From: Gammaproteobacteria bacterium
Lineage (GTDB): Bacteria > Pseudomonadota > Gammaproteobacteria > Magnimaribacterales > D2472
Direction of reading: 5' to 3'
Assembly (NCBI GenBank): GCA_045563715.1
Contig: JBJLIP010000001.1
Location: 199,076-263,075, forward strand
Length of the DNA stretch: 64,000 bases
The stretch's first letter is position 1. Every line of letters starts with the position of its first letter. This document shows positions 31,619 through 44,034 of the stretch, piece after piece. The translations under genes were made by a program, and so were the position numbers. Below the pieces are notes generated by a model. The model ran no database searches and was not told the origin of the DNA. It saw only the letters and a list, made by a program, of their open reading frames with translations.

Positions 31619-32584
31619 TTATCCTACTGGAGGCCAGTTTTCAACATTCATACCCAAAGAAAGATTCTTAGAAGCTAAGACATCTTTTATCTCATTTAAA
31701 GATTTCTTTCCAAGGTTTGGAGTTTTAAGCAAATCAAACTCAGATCTATGAATTAAATCTCCAATAAGAAATATGCTTTCAGCCTTGAGACAATTTGTTG
31801 ATCTGACTGTAAGCTCTAATTCTTCTATAGATCTCAATAGAATTGGATCAAAGTCATTTTGATCCTTTTTAGCCTCTTGTTCAGCAATTGCATCTAAATC
31901 AACAAAAGCTCCTAGTTGTTGCTGTAGAATTGTTGCGCAATGCTCAATAGCCATCTTTGGATCAAGCGTTCCATCGGTTTCTAATTCAACTACTAATTTA
32001 TCTAAATCTGTTCTTTTTCCAGATCTTGCATTATCAACAGTATAAGAAACCCTTCTAACAGGGCTGAAAGAAGCATCAACTTTAAGAGCTCCAACCACCC
32101 TATCTTCATCTTCTCTCAAATCAGCAGGCTCATAACCTCTTCCAGTTTTAACTGTTAATGTCATTTTAAGATTAACTTTGTCAACTATTGTAGCTATGTG
32201 AAAGTCTTGATTTACAAGCTCAACATTTCCTGGGACATCAAAAGATGAAGCAAGAACATCGCAAGGCCCAGTTATATCCAGCATTACCTCTGCAGAATCA
32301 CCTTCAATTAAGTTGATAGGCATATCCTTAATATTAAGTAATATGTTAATTACATCTTCTCTGATTCCCTCGATAGTACTGTATTCGTGGGAGATTCCGT
32401 CAATTGATACATCCGTTACTGCGGCACCAGGCATAGATGAAAGAAGTATCCTTCTTAAAGCATTACCTAAAGTATGTCCAAAACCTCGCTCTAAAGGCTC
32501 AAGTGTAATTTTTGATAAAGTTGATGATACGTCATCAACTTGAATTTCAGTTGGTACTAATAAGTCTATTACTGATGTTTGCAT
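31619..32584 (-). CDS. rpoA: DNA-directed RNA polymerase subunit alpha
   Basis: [11 protein letters not shown] aligns with E. coli MQGSVTEFLKP. ATG at 32584 has a GGCGGAG RBS. The ORF-track start at 32626 would overlap rpsD. Confidence 0.95.
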   Translation of the reverse strand: MQTSVIDLLVPTEIQVDDVSSTLSKITLEPLERGFGHTLGNALRRILLSSMPGAAVTDVSIDGISHEYSTIEGIREDVINILLNIKDMPINLIEGDSAEVMLDITGPCDVLASSFDVPGNVELVNQDFHIATIVDKVNLKMTLTVKTGRGYEPADLREDEDRVVGALKVDASFSPVRRVSYTVDNARSGKRTDLDKLVVELETDGTLDPKMAIEHCATILQQQLGAFVDLDAIAEQEAKKDQNDFDPILLRSIEELELTVRSTNCLKAESIFLIGDLIHRSEFDLLKTPNLGKKSLNEIKDVLASKNLSLGMNVENWPPVG

Positions 32585-32606
32585 AATTTTCTCCGCCTTT
32601 GTTATA

Positions 32607-33227
32607 TTATTTTGAGTAAAGCTCAACTATAAGATTTTCATTAATTTCTGTACTCAGATCTGTTCTATCTGGAACAGATTTAAATACCCCTTTAAAACTT
32701 GTAGCATCAACCTCAAGCCAATCACATTCTTCTCTAGAATCAGCAATCTTTAAAGCCGCAGCTATTCTTAAATGCCCTTTTTTTGATTCTCTTACCTCTA
32801 TTTCATCTCCAGCTTGAACTTGATATGAAGGAATATTAACTACTTTTCCATTAACCATGAATGCTTTATGTGAAACCATTTGTCTAGCTTCTGCTCTTGT
32901 TGAACCAAAACCCATTCTATAAACAACGTTGTCCAATCTTTTTTCAAGGAGAGAAAGTAAATTCTCACCAGTATTTCCTTTTGAGGCAGCAGCTTTCTTG
33001 TAATAATTTCTAAATTGTTTCTCTAAAACACCATACATTCTTCTAACTTTCTGTTTTTCTCTAAGCTGTAACCCATAATCCGAAAGCCTTCCTCTTCTGG
33101 CACCGTGATCTCCTGGAACAGTATCCATATTACATTTAGATTCAATTGCTCTTACTCCACTTTTTAGAAGCAAGTCGGTTCCTTCTCTTCTTGAAAGTCT
33201 TAATGATGGTCCTCTATATCTAGCCAT
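32607..33227 (-). CDS. rpsD: 30S ribosomal protein S4
   Basis: [17 protein letters not shown]-terminus. Confidence 0.97.
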   Translation of the reverse strand: MARYRGPSLRLSRREGTDLLLKSGVRAIESKCNMDTVPGDHGARRGRLSDYGLQLREKQKVRRMYGVLEKQFRNYYKKAAASKGNTGENLLSLLEKRLDNVVYRMGFGSTRAEARQMVSHKAFMVNGKVVNIPSYQVQAGDEIEVRESKKGHLRIAAALKIADSREECDWLEVDATSFKGVFKSVPDRTDLSTEINENLIVELYSK

Positions 33228-33238
33228 TTAATTCTCCG

Positions 33239-33616
33239 TTATACTCTTCTCTTTTTGGATGGTCTACATCCGTTATGCGGAAGAGGTGTTACATCTGTAA
33301 TGCTTTTTATCTTAAGACCGCATGAATTAAGAGATCTAATTGCAGATTCTCTTCCACCACCAGGTCCTTTAACTTTTACATCTAAGTTAATCATTCCAAA
33401 TTCTTTAGCAGCATTTCCAGCTTTATCAGCAGCTATTTGAGCGGCAAATGGGGTGCTTTTTCTTGAGCCCTTAAAACCAGAACCCCCTGAAGTTGCCCAG
33501 CAAATAGTATTTCCTTGTTTGTCGGTAATAGTAACAATAGTGTTATTAAATGATGAATGTATATGAGCTACGCCATCAGTAACTATCTTCTTATTTTTCT
33601 TTCCTTTTGTTGCCAT
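33239..33616 (-). CDS. rpsK: 30S ribosomal protein S11
   Basis: [18 protein letters not shown] motif. Confidence 0.97.
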   Translation of the reverse strand: MATKGKKNKKIVTDGVAHIHSSFNNTIVTITDKQGNTICWATSGGSGFKGSRKSTPFAAQIAADKAGNAAKEFGMINLDVKVKGPGGGRESAIRSLNSCGLKIKSITDVTPLPHNGCRPSKKRRV

Positions 33617-33618
33617 TA

Positions 33619-33975
33619 TTATCCTCTCATTGGCTTCTTAGGCCCTTTTCTTGTTCTTGCATTATTCTTGGTATTCTGACCTCTTGTTGGCAGTTTTCTT
33701 CTATGCCTTATTCCTCTATAACTTGCTAGATCCATTAAACGTTTAATATTTGTGCTTATGTTTCTTCTTAGATCACCTTCTACAACATATTCTGATACAG
33801 CATTTCTTATCGCTTCAATTTCTTCCTCTGAAAGATCAGATATTTTTCTTGTATGGTCAATCTTTAATCCTTCACATATGTTTTGTGCTGTTTTTCTCCC
33901 AATACCAAAAACATGAGTTAATGAAATCTCTACATGTTTATTTTCTGGTATGTTTACTCCTGCAATCCTTGCCAT
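33619..33975 (-). CDS. rpsM: 30S ribosomal protein S13
   Basis: [11 protein letters not shown]-terminus. Confidence 0.97.
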   Translation of the reverse strand: MARIAGVNIPENKHVEISLTHVFGIGRKTAQNICEGLKIDHTRKISDLSEEEIEAIRNAVSEYVVEGDLRRNISTNIKRLMDLASYRGIRHRRKLPTRGQNTKNNARTRKGPKKPMRG

Positions 33976-33978
33976 AAT

Positions 33979-34095
33979 TTAACCCTGCCTTTGTTTATGT
34001 TTTGGGTCAGTTTTACAAATCACAAATAAGACCCCATTTCTTCTAACGATTTTGCAATTTCTGCATATTTTTTTAACTGATGCTTTAACTTTCAT
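33979..34095 (-). CDS. rpmJ: 50S ribosomal protein L36 (zinc-ribbon C+ form)
   Basis: Not in ORF track. My translation gives [38 protein letters not shown] (38 aa). Lies between secY and rpsM. Confidence 0.93.
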   Translation of the reverse strand: MKVKASVKKICRNCKIVRRNGVLFVICKTDPKHKQRQG

Positions 34096-34096
34096 A

Positions 34097-35395
34097 TTAT
34101 CTTTTGTAATTTTTTAAATTAGCCTTTTTCATTAATGAGGCGTATTGAGATGACATCATGTGAGATTGAACTTGTGCCATAAAATCCATCAAAACTACCA
34201 CTATAATCAAAACCGATGTTCCTCCAACTGCAATCGTTGGAGAGATTCCAGCAAAATTTATCAGTGCTAATGGAAGTAAACAAATTAATGTTAAATATAT
34301 TGCTCCAAAAACAGTCAATCTTGCCAAAACTGAATCAATATAATTTGCTGTTTGCTCTCCTGGCCTGATGCCAGCTATATAAGCACCAGATCTCTTAAGA
34401 TTATCTGAAACATCTTTTGTATCAAATGTTAAGGCCAGCCAAATAAAGCAAAAACTAATTATTAATCCTGCAAAAACTATTATGTAAAGTGGTTGTCCAG
34501 GTCCAAGGGCTAGAGAAAAACTTTGAAGAAAACCTGAACTTTCACCAAACCATGTTGATATTGAAGCAGGAAATAAAAGAAAGGTACTTGCAAAAATTGC
34601 AGGTATAACTCCTGCCATATTTACTTTAAAAGGAAGATGACTCGTTTGAGCTTGCATAAGTTTTCTGCCTTGTTGTCTTTGTGCATAATTGACTGTTATT
34701 CTTCTTTGACCCCTCTCCACATAAACAACCACCGCAATAATTACCATTGAAAGTAATCCAATCGCTAATAAAAGAAGAATGCTTAATTGTTGATTAAATG
34801 CTAAATCAAATGCTTGTCCTATGGCTCCAGGAATACCAGTAAGTATACTTGTTGCAATAATAATAGAAATACCATTACCAATACCTCTTTCAGAGACTTG
34901 TTCACCCAACCACATCAAGAACATTGTTCCTGCTACAATTGAGAATACAGCAGGCACAAAAAATGCAGGGCCTGAAACAGTTGTAAAATCTTCTGTTGCT
35001 GATAATGTTGCTGCCAATGCAGATGCTTGAATAAATGCTAATACTGCTGTTCCATATCTTGTATATTGTGTAATTTTATTTCGTCCTGCCTGACCATCTT
35101 TTTTTAGCTCTTTAAGATAGGGGATAGAATTAGAAAAAAGCTGCATAATAATTGCAGCAGAAATATATGGAACAACATTCAAAGCAAAGATACTCATTCG
35201 TTCTAATGCGCCACCAGAAAACAAGTTGAACATTTGAAGTATTGTTCCATCGCCAGTTTCTGTAAAAAATCGTTCAATTTGAGTAGGGTTAATTCCAGGT
35301 ATAGGGATATGAGTACCAATTCGGTATGCAAGAATAGCGAATAAAACGAAACGTAATCGCTTCCAAAGATCGCTCATGTTTCCTTGGCTACTCAT
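34097..35395 (-). CDS. secY: preprotein translocase subunit SecY
   Basis: 432 aa, 10-TM SecY pattern. Lies between rplO and rpmJ. Confidence 0.97.
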   Translation of the reverse strand: MSSQGNMSDLWKRLRFVLFAILAYRIGTHIPIPGINPTQIERFFTETGDGTILQMFNLFSGGALERMSIFALNVVPYISAAIIMQLFSNSIPYLKELKKDGQAGRNKITQYTRYGTAVLAFIQASALAATLSATEDFTTVSGPAFFVPAVFSIVAGTMFLMWLGEQVSERGIGNGISIIIATSILTGIPGAIGQAFDLAFNQQLSILLLLAIGLLSMVIIAVVVYVERGQRRITVNYAQRQQGRKLMQAQTSHLPFKVNMAGVIPAIFASTFLLFPASISTWFGESSGFLQSFSLALGPGQPLYIIVFAGLIISFCFIWLALTFDTKDVSDNLKRSGAYIAGIRPGEQTANYIDSVLARLTVFGAIYLTLICLLPLALINFAGISPTIAVGGTSVLIIVVVLMDFMAQVQSHMMSSQYASLMKKANLKNYKR

Positions 35396-35901
35396 TATTT
35401 TTGATCATCCTTATTAACTTTTTTAGCTGTTTGAGCTTCTTCTATCTGAATTGCATCAACTACTTTTCCGCCGGCATTTTCAATTGATTCTTTTGCACCT
35501 TTTGAAACTGATATTCCTTCTACTGTTATTTTAGAATCAAGCTTAGTATTGCCAAATATCTTAACTTTTTGAACAGATTTACTTATCAATTTACCCTCTT
35601 TTAAAGTTTTTAAATTAACTACGTCCATTCCATTTAAATTTTTAACATTTAATTCTTTAGAGTAGTTATTAACTCTTGATGAAAAACCAAATTTAGGTAA
35701 TCTCATCTGTAATGGCATTTGACCACCCTCAAATCCGGGTCTAATATTTCCACCAGATCTTGATTTCTGACCCTTATGTCCTCTTCCAGAGGTCTTGCCA
35801 TGACCTGAGCCTATTCCTCGTCCAACTCTCTTTCTTTTCTTTGATGAGCCTTCATCTGAAATCGTGTTAAGGTTCATTGTATTATTTAATTCTTCGCTCA
35901 T
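35395..35901 (-). CDS. rplO: 50S ribosomal protein L15
   Basis: GRGIGSGHGKTSGRGHKGQ motif. The ATG at 35901 is coupled to the rpmD stop. An alternative ATG at 35877 (MNLNT..) matches the E. coli N-terminus better. Confidence 0.93.
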   Translation of the reverse strand: MSEELNNTMNLNTISDEGSSKKRKRVGRGIGSGHGKTSGRGHKGQKSRSGGNIRPGFEGGQMPLQMRLPKFGFSSRVNNYSKELNVKNLNGMDVVNLKTLKEGKLISKSVQKVKIFGNTKLDSKITVEGISVSKGAKESIENAGGKVVDAIQIEEAQTAKKVNKDDQK

Positions 35902-35903
35902 TT

Positions 35904-36092
35904 TTAATTTTCCAGTATCTCCAACATATCTGAGATTTTATTAATCATTCCTCTGTTGCTTGGTGTATCAATAACCTCTAATGTTTGATTGAGTTTTTTG
36001 AATCCAAGGCCCTTTATACAAAGCTTATGATTCTCCATTCTTCCAATACCACTTTTGACAAGTTTAATTTTTATTAATTTATCTTTACTCAT
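35904..36092 (-). CDS. rpmD: 50S ribosomal protein L30
   Basis: 62 aa, [11 protein letters not shown] pattern, spc operon position. Confidence 0.95.
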   Translation of the reverse strand: MSKDKLIKIKLVKSGIGRMENHKLCIKGLGFKKLNQTLEVIDTPSNRGMINKISDMLEILEN

Positions 36093-36598
36093 GATATTTC
36101 TTCTAACTTTTTGCCTCTTCTTAATGCAACAGTTTCTGGTGACTCCATTGCACTTAATGCATTTATAGTAGCCCTAACAACATTTACAGGATTTGTAGAT
36201 CCATAGCATTTAGCTAAAACATTTTGAACTCCTGCAAGCTCCAGAACCGCTCTCATTGCTCCACCAGCAATGATGCCTGTACCCTCAGATGCTGGTTGCA
36301 TATATACATTAGCCGAACCGTGTTTGGCTTTAATTGGATACCAAAGAGTTGTGTTGTTTAGATCAACTTCAACCATACTTCTTCTTGCATTTTCCATAGC
36401 TTTTTGAATAGCGATAGGAACTTCTTTTGCTTTTCCTCTTCCAAAACCAACTCTGCCATTTCCATCACCAACAACTGTTAAAGCTGTAAAACCAAATATT
36501 CTTCCACCTTTAACTACCTTCGCTACTCTATTTACTTGAACTAACTTTTCTTCAAGAGCGTCTACCTGCTGATTATTCATTGCATTATTATCTTTCAT
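36089..36598 (-). CDS. rpsE: 30S ribosomal protein S5
   Basis: [17 protein letters not shown] motif. Confidence 0.97.
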   Translation of the reverse strand: MKDNNAMNNQQVDALEEKLVQVNRVAKVVKGGRIFGFTALTVVGDGNGRVGFGRGKAKEVPIAIQKAMENARRSMVEVDLNNTTLWYPIKAKHGSANVYMQPASEGTGIIAGGAMRAVLELAGVQNVLAKCYGSTNPVNVVRATINALSAMESPETVALRRGKKLEEIS

Positions 36599-36602
36599 AT
36601 AA

Positions 36603-36950
36603 TTAAAACTCCAATCCTGCTTCTCTGGCAGAATCTGCCAATGCCTTTATTCGACCATGATACTTATAACCAGATCTATCAAAAACTACTTTCTTGATGC
36701 CGCTTTCTAATGCTCTTTCAGCAACTTTCTGACCAAGTTTTACAACTGCTTCTATGTTATTAGAATTAATTTTTAAATCTTTTTCAGTAGTTGATGCTGA
36801 AACAATTACCTTTGATCCAAGACTATCAAAGATTTGAGCATAAAAATGTTGAGAAGATCTATACACTGTTAATCTTGGTGATTCTTGATTTCTTATATTG
36901 AATCTAGATTTCTTTGCTCTTCTTAACCTTGATAAATTTTTAGTACTCAT
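36603..36950 (-). CDS. rplR: 50S ribosomal protein L18
   Basis: 115 aa, [15 protein letters not shown] and [17 protein letters not shown] motifs. Confidence 0.97.
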   Translation of the reverse strand: MSTKNLSRLRRAKKSRFNIRNQESPRLTVYRSSQHFYAQIFDSLGSKVIVSASTTEKDLKINSNNIEAVVKLGQKVAERALESGIKKVVFDRSGYKYHGRIKALADSAREAGLEF

Positions 36951-37498
36951 TATGCACCTGCCCCAGCAGCCTTTTTAGCCTCTTTTCTTTTAACTTGCTC
37001 ATCAGAATATCTAACGCCCTTACCTTTATATGGTTCAGGAGGTCTAAATGCTCTAATTTCTGCTGCAGCTTGACCTAAAAGTTGTTTATTGTGGCTTTTC
37101 AGAACAACTTCTGTCTGAGATGGAGTCTCGACCTCAACTTCATCTGGTAGTTGATATTTGATAGGGTGAGAAAAACCTAGAGTTAATTCAAGCAGCTTCC
37201 CTGAAGCTTTAGCTCTGTAACCCACACCAATTAGCTCTAATTTCTTTTCAAAACCTTCAGTGACTCCAATAATCATATTATTTACTAATGACCTAGTAGT
37301 CCCCGCTAAAGCAACTGATTGTTGATTTCCTTCATCATAACTAACAGAAATGGTAGCGTCATTTATTTCAAGAGATACTGAAGAAGGGATATTAAATTCT
37401 AAATCTCCTTTAGACCCTTTAACCTTAACAATATTGTTATCGATACTTACGGTAGCCGATTCAGGAATAGTTATTGGATTTTTTGCTACTCTTGACAT
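36950..37498 (-). CDS. rplF: 50S ribosomal protein L6
   Basis: [13 protein letters not shown]-terminus. Confidence 0.97.
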   Translation of the reverse strand: MSRVAKNPITIPESATVSIDNNIVKVKGSKGDLEFNIPSSVSLEINDATISVSYDEGNQQSVALAGTTRSLVNNMIIGVTEGFEKKLELIGVGYRAKASGKLLELTLGFSHPIKYQLPDEVEVETPSQTEVVLKSHNKQLLGQAAAEIRAFRPPEPYKGKGVRYSDEQVKRKEAKKAAGAGA

Positions 37499-37893
37499 TA
37501 AAATACCTCACACAAAATTTCACCACCTACATTCTTTGCTTTAGCATCCTTATCAGTCATTAAGCCTTGATTTGTAGAAATAATATATGCGCCCAAGCCG
37601 CCTTTAACTGAATCAAAATCAGATGCACTAGAATACTTTCTTAAACTAGGCTTGCTGATTCTTTTTAACTCTTTAATAACAGGCGCTTCATCATGATACT
37701 TAAGCTCAACTTCTATCATTGCTTTATTTTCAATAGATGTTTTCTTACATGATTTAAGATAGCCTTCTGAAATTAAAACATTAACCAGATCATGTTTTAG
37801 TTTTGAATATGGAATTGAAACATTATTTTTGCCACGCATTAATCCGTTTCTAATTCTTGTTAAACAATCTGCTATTGGATCTTGAAAACTCAT
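37498..37893 (-). CDS. rpsH: 30S ribosomal protein S8
   Basis: DPIADCLTRIRNG N-terminal motif. Confidence 0.97.
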   Translation of the reverse strand: MSFQDPIADCLTRIRNGLMRGKNNVSIPYSKLKHDLVNVLISEGYLKSCKKTSIENKAMIEVELKYHDEAPVIKELKRISKPSLRKYSSASDFDSVKGGLGAYIISTNQGLMTDKDAKAKNVGGEILCEVF

Positions 37894-37897
37894 AATA

Positions 37898-38203
37898 TTA
37901 CCAACTTGATTTAACTAAACCAGGTATATCTCCTCTCATAGCAGCTTCTCTTAGCTTAATTCGGCTTAAACCAAATTTTCTATATACCGCATGAGGTCTT
38001 CCTGTAACCTGACACCTTCTTACCACACGAGAGGGGCTTGCATTTCTTGGGAGTTTTTGAAACTTTACTCGCGCCTCATACCTTTCTTCACTTGACAAAC
38101 TTTCATCATTAATAATCTTCTTTAGAGCAGCCCTTTTATCTGCATACTTTGCAACAGTTTTAATTCTTTTTACTTCTCTTGCTATCATTGATTTCTTTGC
38201 CAT
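37898..38203 (-). CDS. rpsN: 30S ribosomal protein S14 (long, Cys-less form)
   Basis: [14 protein letters not shown]-terminus and ...[10 protein letters not shown]-terminus. 101 aa. Confidence 0.97.
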   Translation of the reverse strand: MAKKSMIAREVKRIKTVAKYADKRAALKKIINDESLSSEERYEARVKFQKLPRNASPSRVVRRCQVTGRPHAVYRKFGLSRIKLREAAMRGDIPGLVKSSW

Positions 38204-38207
38204 GATC

Positions 38208-38750
38208 TTACCTTTGTTTAAATGGAAAATTAAAAGCTTTTAAAAGAGCTCTTGCATGTTCTTGAGATGATGCTGTTGTGTTAATACAAACATCCATACC
38301 TCTTATGTTGTCAATATTGTCATAATTAATCTCAGGAAAAATGATCTGTTCTTTAATGCCAAAATTATAATTACCCTGCTGGTCAAAAGACTTGGGATTT
38401 AAGCCTCTAAAATCTCTTTCCCTAGGAATTGCAATAACGATCAACCTCTCAATAAAATCATACATTTTGTTACCTCGCAAGGTAACTTTACAGCCCAAGG
38501 GCCATCCCTCTCTAATTTTAAAACTAGCAACAGACTGTCTTGCTTTAGTAACAACTGGTTTTTGTCCAGCTATTACAGTTAAATTTTGTAGTGCTGACTC
38601 CAAATGCTTTTTATCATTGGCAGCTTCTCCAACACCCATATTAATAACAACTTTTGTTATCTTTGGAACAGCCATTATATTTTCTATACCAAGCTCTTCT
38701 TTCAGAGCAGGGCGAAGTTCTTTGTTATATTTTTCTTTTAAATTAGCCAT
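38208..38750 (-). CDS. rplE: 50S ribosomal protein L5
   Basis: 180 aa, spc operon position, [15 protein letters not shown] motif. Confidence 0.97.
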   Translation of the reverse strand: MANLKEKYNKELRPALKEELGIENIMAVPKITKVVINMGVGEAANDKKHLESALQNLTVIAGQKPVVTKARQSVASFKIREGWPLGCKVTLRGNKMYDFIERLIVIAIPRERDFRGLNPKSFDQQGNYNFGIKEQIIFPEINYDNIDNIRGMDVCINTTASSQEHARALLKAFNFPFKQR

Positions 38751-39085
38751 TATTTAATTTCAACTCCGTCTGACTTATATAATCTAATTTTTTTACCTTC
38801 TTTAGTTGTTGAATATGAAATCTTATCTTTAGATTTCTTTTTAGGATTCCATATTGCCAAATTTGATAATTCGATAGCGGCCTCTTGTTCAACAACCCCA
38901 CCAGTTACACCCATTTCAGGATTTGGTTTTGTATGTTTCTTTACCATATTAATTCCTGTAACGATGCCTTTATTCTTATTTTTTTGTATTTCTCTTAACG
39001 TGCCCTTTTTCCCTATATCTCTTCCAGCAATGACAATCACTTCATCACCTGATCTTAGCTTTGTTGGGACTGACTGATTTTTCAT
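38750..39085 (-). CDS. rplX: 50S ribosomal protein L24
   Basis: [28 protein letters not shown] aligns with the E. coli L24 start. The ATG at 39085 is 1 nt after the rplN stop. The ORF-track start at 39106 lies inside rplN. Confidence 0.93.
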   Translation of the reverse strand: MKNQSVPTKLRSGDEVIVIAGRDIGKKGTLREIQKNKNKGIVTGINMVKKHTKPNPEMGVTGGVVEQEAAIELSNLAIWNPKKKSKDKISYSTTKEGKKIRLYKSDGVEIK

Positions 39086-39086
39086 C

Positions 39087-39455
39087 TTATATAACCTCAG
39101 GAGCAAGTGATAATATCTTCATATGTTTTCCGTCTCTTAATTCTCTTGTAACTGGCCCAAAAACTCTTGTGCCAATTGGAGCTTTTTGAGCATTAATAAG
39201 TACAGCCGCATTTTCATCAAATTTAATTAAAGATCCATCTCTTCTTCTTACTCCTTTTTTTGTTCTTACAATAAGTGCGTCAACAACCTGTCCTTTTTTA
39301 ACTTTGCCGGTTGGAATTGCTTCACGAATTGCAACCTTAATAACGTCTCCAATATTCGCATATCTTCTTTTTGAGCCACCAAGAACCTTTATACACATAA
39401 CACTCCTAGCGCCACTATTGTCAGCTATCTTCAGAAGGGATTGCATTTGAATCAT
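39087..39455 (-). CDS. rplN: 50S ribosomal protein L14
   Basis: [17 protein letters not shown]-terminus. Confidence 0.97.
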   Translation of the reverse strand: MIQMQSLLKIADNSGARSVMCIKVLGGSKRRYANIGDVIKVAIREAIPTGKVKKGQVVDALIVRTKKGVRRRDGSLIKFDENAAVLINAQKAPIGTRVFGPVTRELRDGKHMKILSLAPEVI

Positions 39456-39733
39456 TATTCTTTCTCCATATTTTCTTCAGATGTTTGGCTTAATGTATCC
39501 GATACCAGAGTCCAAGTCTTTGTTTTTGATAAAGGCCTACATTCTTTCACGGAAACAATATCTCCAATAGATGCTGAATTGTCTTCGTCATGTGCATGCA
39601 CCTTTGTTGCTCGTTTTATAACTTTTCCATATAAAGGATGTTTAACTTTTCTTTCAATTTTTACAGTAACAGTTTTATCTGACTTATTGCTAGTTACAAC
39701 GCCTGTTAAAATCCTTGGGTTAGTTGTTTCCAT
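39455..39733 (-). CDS. rpsQ: 30S ribosomal protein S17
   Basis: [20 protein letters not shown] motif. Confidence 0.97.
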   Translation of the reverse strand: METTNPRILTGVVTSNKSDKTVTVKIERKVKHPLYGKVIKRATKVHAHDEDNSASIGDIVSVKECRPLSKTKTWTLVSDTLSQTSEENMEKE

Positions 39734-39939
39734 TATTCCTTATCCTTTAATTTAATTTCATTGATAATTGTTTTTATCATTGCGATTTTTTTTCTAATCT
39801 TTCTTAATTCACTAGTTTCATTTAGTTGACCTGTTTTGTGTTTAATTCTTAATCCAAATTGAGACTCCCTAGCAGATATAAGCTCAGCACTTAACTGTTC
39901 TAAATTTTTCTTTCTTAAATCTACTAATTCTTTGTTCAT
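39733..39939 (-). CDS. rpmC: 50S ribosomal protein L29
   Basis: 68 aa, helical, in the position between rplP and rpsQ. Confidence 0.95.
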   Translation of the reverse strand: MNKELVDLRKKNLEQLSAELISARESQFGLRIKHKTGQLNETSELRKIRKKIAMIKTIINEIKLKDKE

Positions 39940-40350
39940 TTATAGATCCTTCTTTATAAAATGAGTTTTTATTGGTAGTTTTGCAGATGCTAGTCTGAAA
40001 GCTTCCCTAGCAAGCTCTTCTTCAACCCCAGCCATTTCAAACATTACTTTTCCTGGTTGAACTAAAGCAACCCAGTATTCAACATTACCTTTACCTTTGC
40101 CCATTCTTACTTCTAATGGTTTCTTAGTAATAGGTTTGTCAGGAAAAATTCGAATCCAAATATTTCCACCTCTCTTAATGTATCTAGTCATAGCCCTTCT
40201 GGCAGCTTCAATTTGTCTTGCAGTAATCCTACCTCTGTCGGATGCAACTAGACCAAATCTTCCAAAAGCAATAGTATTACCATTTTGAGCTAAGCCTCTA
40301 TTTCGGCCCTTATGCATTTTCCTAAATTTTGTTTGTTTCGGTTGTAACAT
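39940..40350 (-). CDS. rplP: 50S ribosomal protein L16
   Basis: [20 protein letters not shown]-terminus. Confidence 0.97.
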   Translation of the reverse strand: MLQPKQTKFRKMHKGRNRGLAQNGNTIAFGRFGLVASDRGRITARQIEAARRAMTRYIKRGGNIWIRIFPDKPITKKPLEVRMGKGKGNVEYWVALVQPGKVMFEMAGVEEELAREAFRLASAKLPIKTHFIKKDL

Positions 40351-40355
40351 ATTAC

Positions 40356-41012
40356 TTAATTAGCTCCATCTTTCTTATAAGGATCTTCAGTAATCTCACC
40401 TCTAAATACCCATACTTTTACACCAATAATTCCATATGTTGTTAAGGCCTCTGCAGTTCCATAGTCGATGTCTGCTCTCAGTGTGTGTAATGGAACTCTT
40501 CCTTCTCTGTACCATTCTGTTCTTGCAATTTCAGCCCCATTTAGCCTTCCAGAAACTTCAATCCTAACTCCTTTAGCACTTTGTCTTAATGCGCTTTGAA
40601 CTGTTCTTTTCATAGCTCGCCTAAACATAACTCTTTTTTCAAGTTGCTGTGCAACACCCTCTGCAAGTATTGTTGCATCTAGGTCGGGCTTTTTTACTTC
40701 TTTGATATTTATTTGCGATGGTCCCTTCACAATTTTTTCTACTGCTTTTTTTAAATTTTCAATTTCTTCACCACGCTTGCCAATGATTATGCCCGGTCTA
40801 GCAGTATGAATGTTTACAATAAATGTATCAGCCGTTCTTTCAAGCTCTATCTTGCTGATTGAAGAATTTTTTAATTTTGTGGCTAAATGGTTTCTGACTT
40901 TAAGATCTTCAATTAAGTTCTTAGAAAAATCCTTTCCCTTTGCGTACCAGTTTGCATTCTGCTTCTTAGAAATGCCTAATCTAAAACCATTTGGGTTTAC
41001 CTTTTGTCCCAT
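40356..41012 (-). CDS. rpsC: 30S ribosomal protein S3
   Basis: [14 protein letters not shown]-terminus. Confidence 0.97.
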   Translation of the reverse strand: MGQKVNPNGFRLGISKKQNANWYAKGKDFSKNLIEDLKVRNHLATKLKNSSISKIELERTADTFIVNIHTARPGIIIGKRGEEIENLKKAVEKIVKGPSQINIKEVKKPDLDATILAEGVAQQLEKRVMFRRAMKRTVQSALRQSAKGVRIEVSGRLNGAEIARTEWYREGRVPLHTLRADIDYGTAEALTTYGIIGVKVWVFRGEITEDPYKKDGAN

Positions 41013-41350
41013 TATTTGTCTCCCTCTACCAAAATTATCTCAATGTGGCATGTTGGTTTTATAATTCTATCTGCCCTGCCTCTTGCTCTTGGCTTCATTC
41101 TTTTGAGCCTCATACCTTGATTAACGATAATTGATTTTACAGACAATTTATCAATATCAGAGTTATTATTATTTTCAGCATTTGCAATTGCAGATTCCAG
41201 TAATTTTTTGATGACTGCTGAGCCCTTTTGCTTATTAAAAGTCAAAAAATCCATCGCTTCATCAATTTTTTTACCTCTTATCTGATCTGCCACTAAAGCA
41301 GCTTTTTGAGGAGATAGTCTTGTACCTTTTAGGTATGCTCTAGTTTCCAT
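41012..41350 (-). CDS. rplV: 50S ribosomal protein L22
   Basis: 112 aa, [16 protein letters not shown] motif. Confidence 0.97.
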   Translation of the reverse strand: METRAYLKGTRLSPQKAALVADQIRGKKIDEAMDFLTFNKQKGSAVIKKLLESAIANAENNNNSDIDKLSVKSIIVNQGMRLKRMKPRARGRADRIIKPTCHIEIILVEGDK

Positions 41351-41352
41351 AA

Positions 41353-41622
41353 TTAAGCCTTTCTGTCTCCTGAATGCATTTTAAAAGTTCTTGTAGTAGC
41401 AAATTCACCTAGTTTATGACCAACCATATCCTCATTAATAAAAATTGGAATATGCTGTCTTCCATTATGGACAGAAATTGTTAGTCCAACCATTGATGGA
41501 ATTATCATAGACCTTCTTGACCAAGTTTTAATTGGTTTTTTATCATTATTTGCATTTGCTTCATCAACTTTTTTTGATAAAGATAAATCTACGAAAGGTC
41601 CTTTTTTTAATGATCTAGGCAT
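41353..41622 (-). CDS. rpsS: 30S ribosomal protein S19
   Basis: [13 protein letters not shown]-terminus. Confidence 0.97.
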   Translation of the reverse strand: MPRSLKKGPFVDLSLSKKVDEANANNDKKPIKTWSRRSMIIPSMVGLTISVHNGRQHIPIFINEDMVGHKLGEFATTRTFKMHSGDRKA

Positions 41623-41623
41623 A

Positions 41624-42448
41624 TTACTTTTTACCCCTTCTTCTTATAATTAAATCATCAGTTCTTTGATTTTTTCTTGTTTTATATCCTTTGGTTGGAA
41701 CTCCCCATGGAGTTGATGGATGTCTTCCACCGGAAGTTCTTCCCTCTCCACCGCCGTGTGGGTGATCAACTGGATTCATAGCTACACCCCTGACAGTTGG
41801 TCTCACACCTCTCCAACGTTTGGCGCCAGCTTTTCCTAAAGATTTTAAATTATTTTCTTGATTAGATACTGTTCCTAAAGTAGCCCTACACTCCCAAAGA
41901 ACTTTTCTAGTCTCACCAGATTGAAGTCTAAGAGTTGCATAAATTCCTTCCTTGGCTACTAGCCTGGCTGATGTCCCTGCACTTCTTGCAATTTGAGCAC
42001 CTTTCATAGGCTTTAATTCAACACAATGGACATTAGTACCCAAAGGGATATCTTTAAGCTTCATAGAGTTACCAACCTTAATCTCACAGCTGTCAGCAGA
42101 TATAACCTCATCACCAACATTTAATTTAGAAGGAGCAATAATGTATCTTCTTTCTCCATCAAGATATTTTAATAGAGCAATATGAGCTGATCTATTTGGG
42201 TCATACTCAATTCTTTCTACAGATGCAGGTATATCAAATTTATTTCTTTTAAAGTCTATTATTCTGTAGTGTTGTTTATGGCCTCCGCCTTGATGTCTGA
42301 CGGTTATTCTTCCATTGTTATTTCTTCCACCATTTTTAGATTTAGGCTCTATAAGTGATTTATGTGGCTTGCCTTTATACAAATCAGACTTAACTGAAAT
42401 TAGGCCTCTTCTTCCAGGAGAAGTTGGTTTAGATTTAATTATAGCCAT
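41624..42448 (-). CDS. rplB: 50S ribosomal protein L2
   Basis: [10 protein letters not shown]-terminal motif and [13 protein letters not shown] motif. Confidence 0.98.
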   Translation of the reverse strand: MAIIKSKPTSPGRRGLISVKSDLYKGKPHKSLIEPKSKNGGRNNNGRITVRHQGGGHKQHYRIIDFKRNKFDIPASVERIEYDPNRSAHIALLKYLDGERRYIIAPSKLNVGDEVISADSCEIKVGNSMKLKDIPLGTNVHCVELKPMKGAQIARSAGTSARLVAKEGIYATLRLQSGETRKVLWECRATLGTVSNQENNLKSLGKAGAKRWRGVRPTVRGVAMNPVDHPHGGGEGRTSGGRHPSTPWGVPTKGYKTRKNQRTDDLIIRRRGKK

Positions 42449-42744
42449 TAGTTTATACCCTCAAATTGAATCTCAGAATCATCACTTATTGATACGAATG
42501 CCTTCTTATAATTTGATTTCTTATAAATTCCAAATCTGTTTCTTTTTGTTTTTCCTTTAACTATGGAAGTATTTACTTTTAAAACTTCTACTTTAAATAA
42601 TTCTTCAACAGCTTTTTTGATTTCTCTTTTATTAGCTGATAAATCTACCTTAAATACAACTTGTTTGAGGTTTTCACCTAGGCCAGCTGTTTGTTCCGTA
42701 ATTATCGGAGACTTTATTAATGTGTAAAGTTTTTCGTTACCCAT
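42448..42744 (-). CDS. rplW: 50S ribosomal protein L23
   Basis: 98 aa, S10 operon position between rplD and rplB. Confidence 0.95.
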   Translation of the reverse strand: MGNEKLYTLIKSPIITEQTAGLGENLKQVVFKVDLSANKREIKKAVEELFKVEVLKVNTSIVKGKTKRNRFGIYKKSNYKKAFVSISDDSEIQFEGIN

Positions 42745-43351
42745 TTATCCAATCCTCGATTTGCTTTAATGCTTCACTTGTTACAGCAACCTTTTGCGGC
42801 TTAAGGAGATTAATTGGATTTATTTCTCTAACAGTTATAACGTCAACATTTGGAATATTTCTAGCAGAGAGATATAGGTTGATATCAAGTTCTTCTGTAA
42901 TTATGAGAACTTTGCTCAGAGAAAACTCATTTAGAAAGCTAGCAATCTCTTTAGTCTTTGGTTTTTCAAGCACAGGTTTTTCAATTGCTACAAGCCTATT
43001 TTGCCGAACAAGCTCAGAAAAAATAGATTTAATTGCAGCTCGATACATTTTTTTATTAATCTTCTTACTAAAGTCTCTTGGTCTAGATGCAAAAGTTACA
43101 CCACCGCCTCGCCATAAAGGACTTCTAATAGTTCCTGCTCTAGCTCTGCCAGTTCCTTTTTGTCGATAAGGTTTTTTACCTCCGCCTCTAACTTCTGATC
43201 TATTCTTTTGTTTTGCGCTTCCCTGCCTAGAAGATGCCATAAAACTAACAACCGCTTGATGAATAAGAGACTCATTAAATTCTTTACTAAAAACTTCACT
43301 AGATATAGATATATCTTTATTTTTTGTATTTGATAAAAGCTCTATTTTCAT
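42737..43351 (-). CDS. rplD: 50S ribosomal protein L4
   Basis: FNESLIHQAVVSFMASSRQG and KKPYRQKGTGRARAG motifs. Confidence 0.97.
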   Translation of the reverse strand: MKIELLSNTKNKDISISSEVFSKEFNESLIHQAVVSFMASSRQGSAKQKNRSEVRGGGKKPYRQKGTGRARAGTIRSPLWRGGGVTFASRPRDFSKKINKKMYRAAIKSIFSELVRQNRLVAIEKPVLEKPKTKEIASFLNEFSLSKVLIITEELDINLYLSARNIPNVDVITVREINPINLLKPQKVAVTSEALKQIEDWING

Positions 43352-43980
43352 GATTTTTTAACTGAAGGTTTTATTTTTACTTGGGATCCATTAAATCCAG
43401 GAATAGCGCCTTTGACATATAGAATGCTATTCTCTATATCCATTTCAACTATCTTTAAACTTTGGACTGTTTTTTGTACGTTGCCCATATGGCCTGACAT
43501 TTTTTTACCCTTCCAAACTCTTCCAGGAGTTTGACATTGTCCTATAGACCCATGAGCCCTGTGTGCTAGTGAATTACCATGAGTTGCATCTTGCATTGCA
43601 AAATTATGTCTTTTTATAACTCCAGCATAACCTTTACCCTTAGAAATTCCTGTAACATCTACATGCTGTCCAACTTCAAATATATCGGCAGTAAGATGAG
43701 CTCCTACTTCATGGGTTATTTGATCATCATTTAATTTAAACTCAGCCAAAGAACCAGGATCAATGTTTACTTTCTTAAAAAATTCTTTTTGTGCTCTTTT
43801 GAAGTTGTTAGATTTGTTGATTTTTGATACTACGAGAGCATTGTAGCCATTCTTTTCAACAGTTTTGATGTCAGCAACAAAATTACCACAAACTGAAACA
43901 GCAGTTACAGGAATAGATTCTCCGTCTTCAAGAAAAAGACGTGACATACCAGATTTTTTACCTATTAAGCCTATGCTCAA
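43348..43980 (-). CDS. rplC: 50S ribosomal protein L3
   Basis: IGLIGKKSGMSRLF aligns with E. coli MIGLVGKKVGMTRIF. TTG start with AAAGGAG upstream. Confidence 0.96.
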   Translation of the reverse strand: MSIGLIGKKSGMSRLFLEDGESIPVTAVSVCGNFVADIKTVEKNGYNALVVSKINKSNNFKRAQKEFFKKVNIDPGSLAEFKLNDDQITHEVGAHLTADIFEVGQHVDVTGISKGKGYAGVIKRHNFAMQDATHGNSLAHRAHGSIGQCQTPGRVWKGKKMSGHMGNVQKTVQSLKIVEMDIENSILYVKGAIPGFNGSQVKIKPSVKKS

Positions 43981-44034
43981 TTTTATCTCCTTTTACGGGG
44001 CTACAAACCCTCTATGGCCGCATTTGCGTTAAAA

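Noticed and set aside
38392-38757. 121-aa plus-strand ORF
   Set aside because: It is an antisense shadow of rplE.
42720-43169. 149-aa plus-strand ORF
   Set aside because: It is an antisense shadow of rplD/rplW. The conserved r-protein frames account for the sequence.
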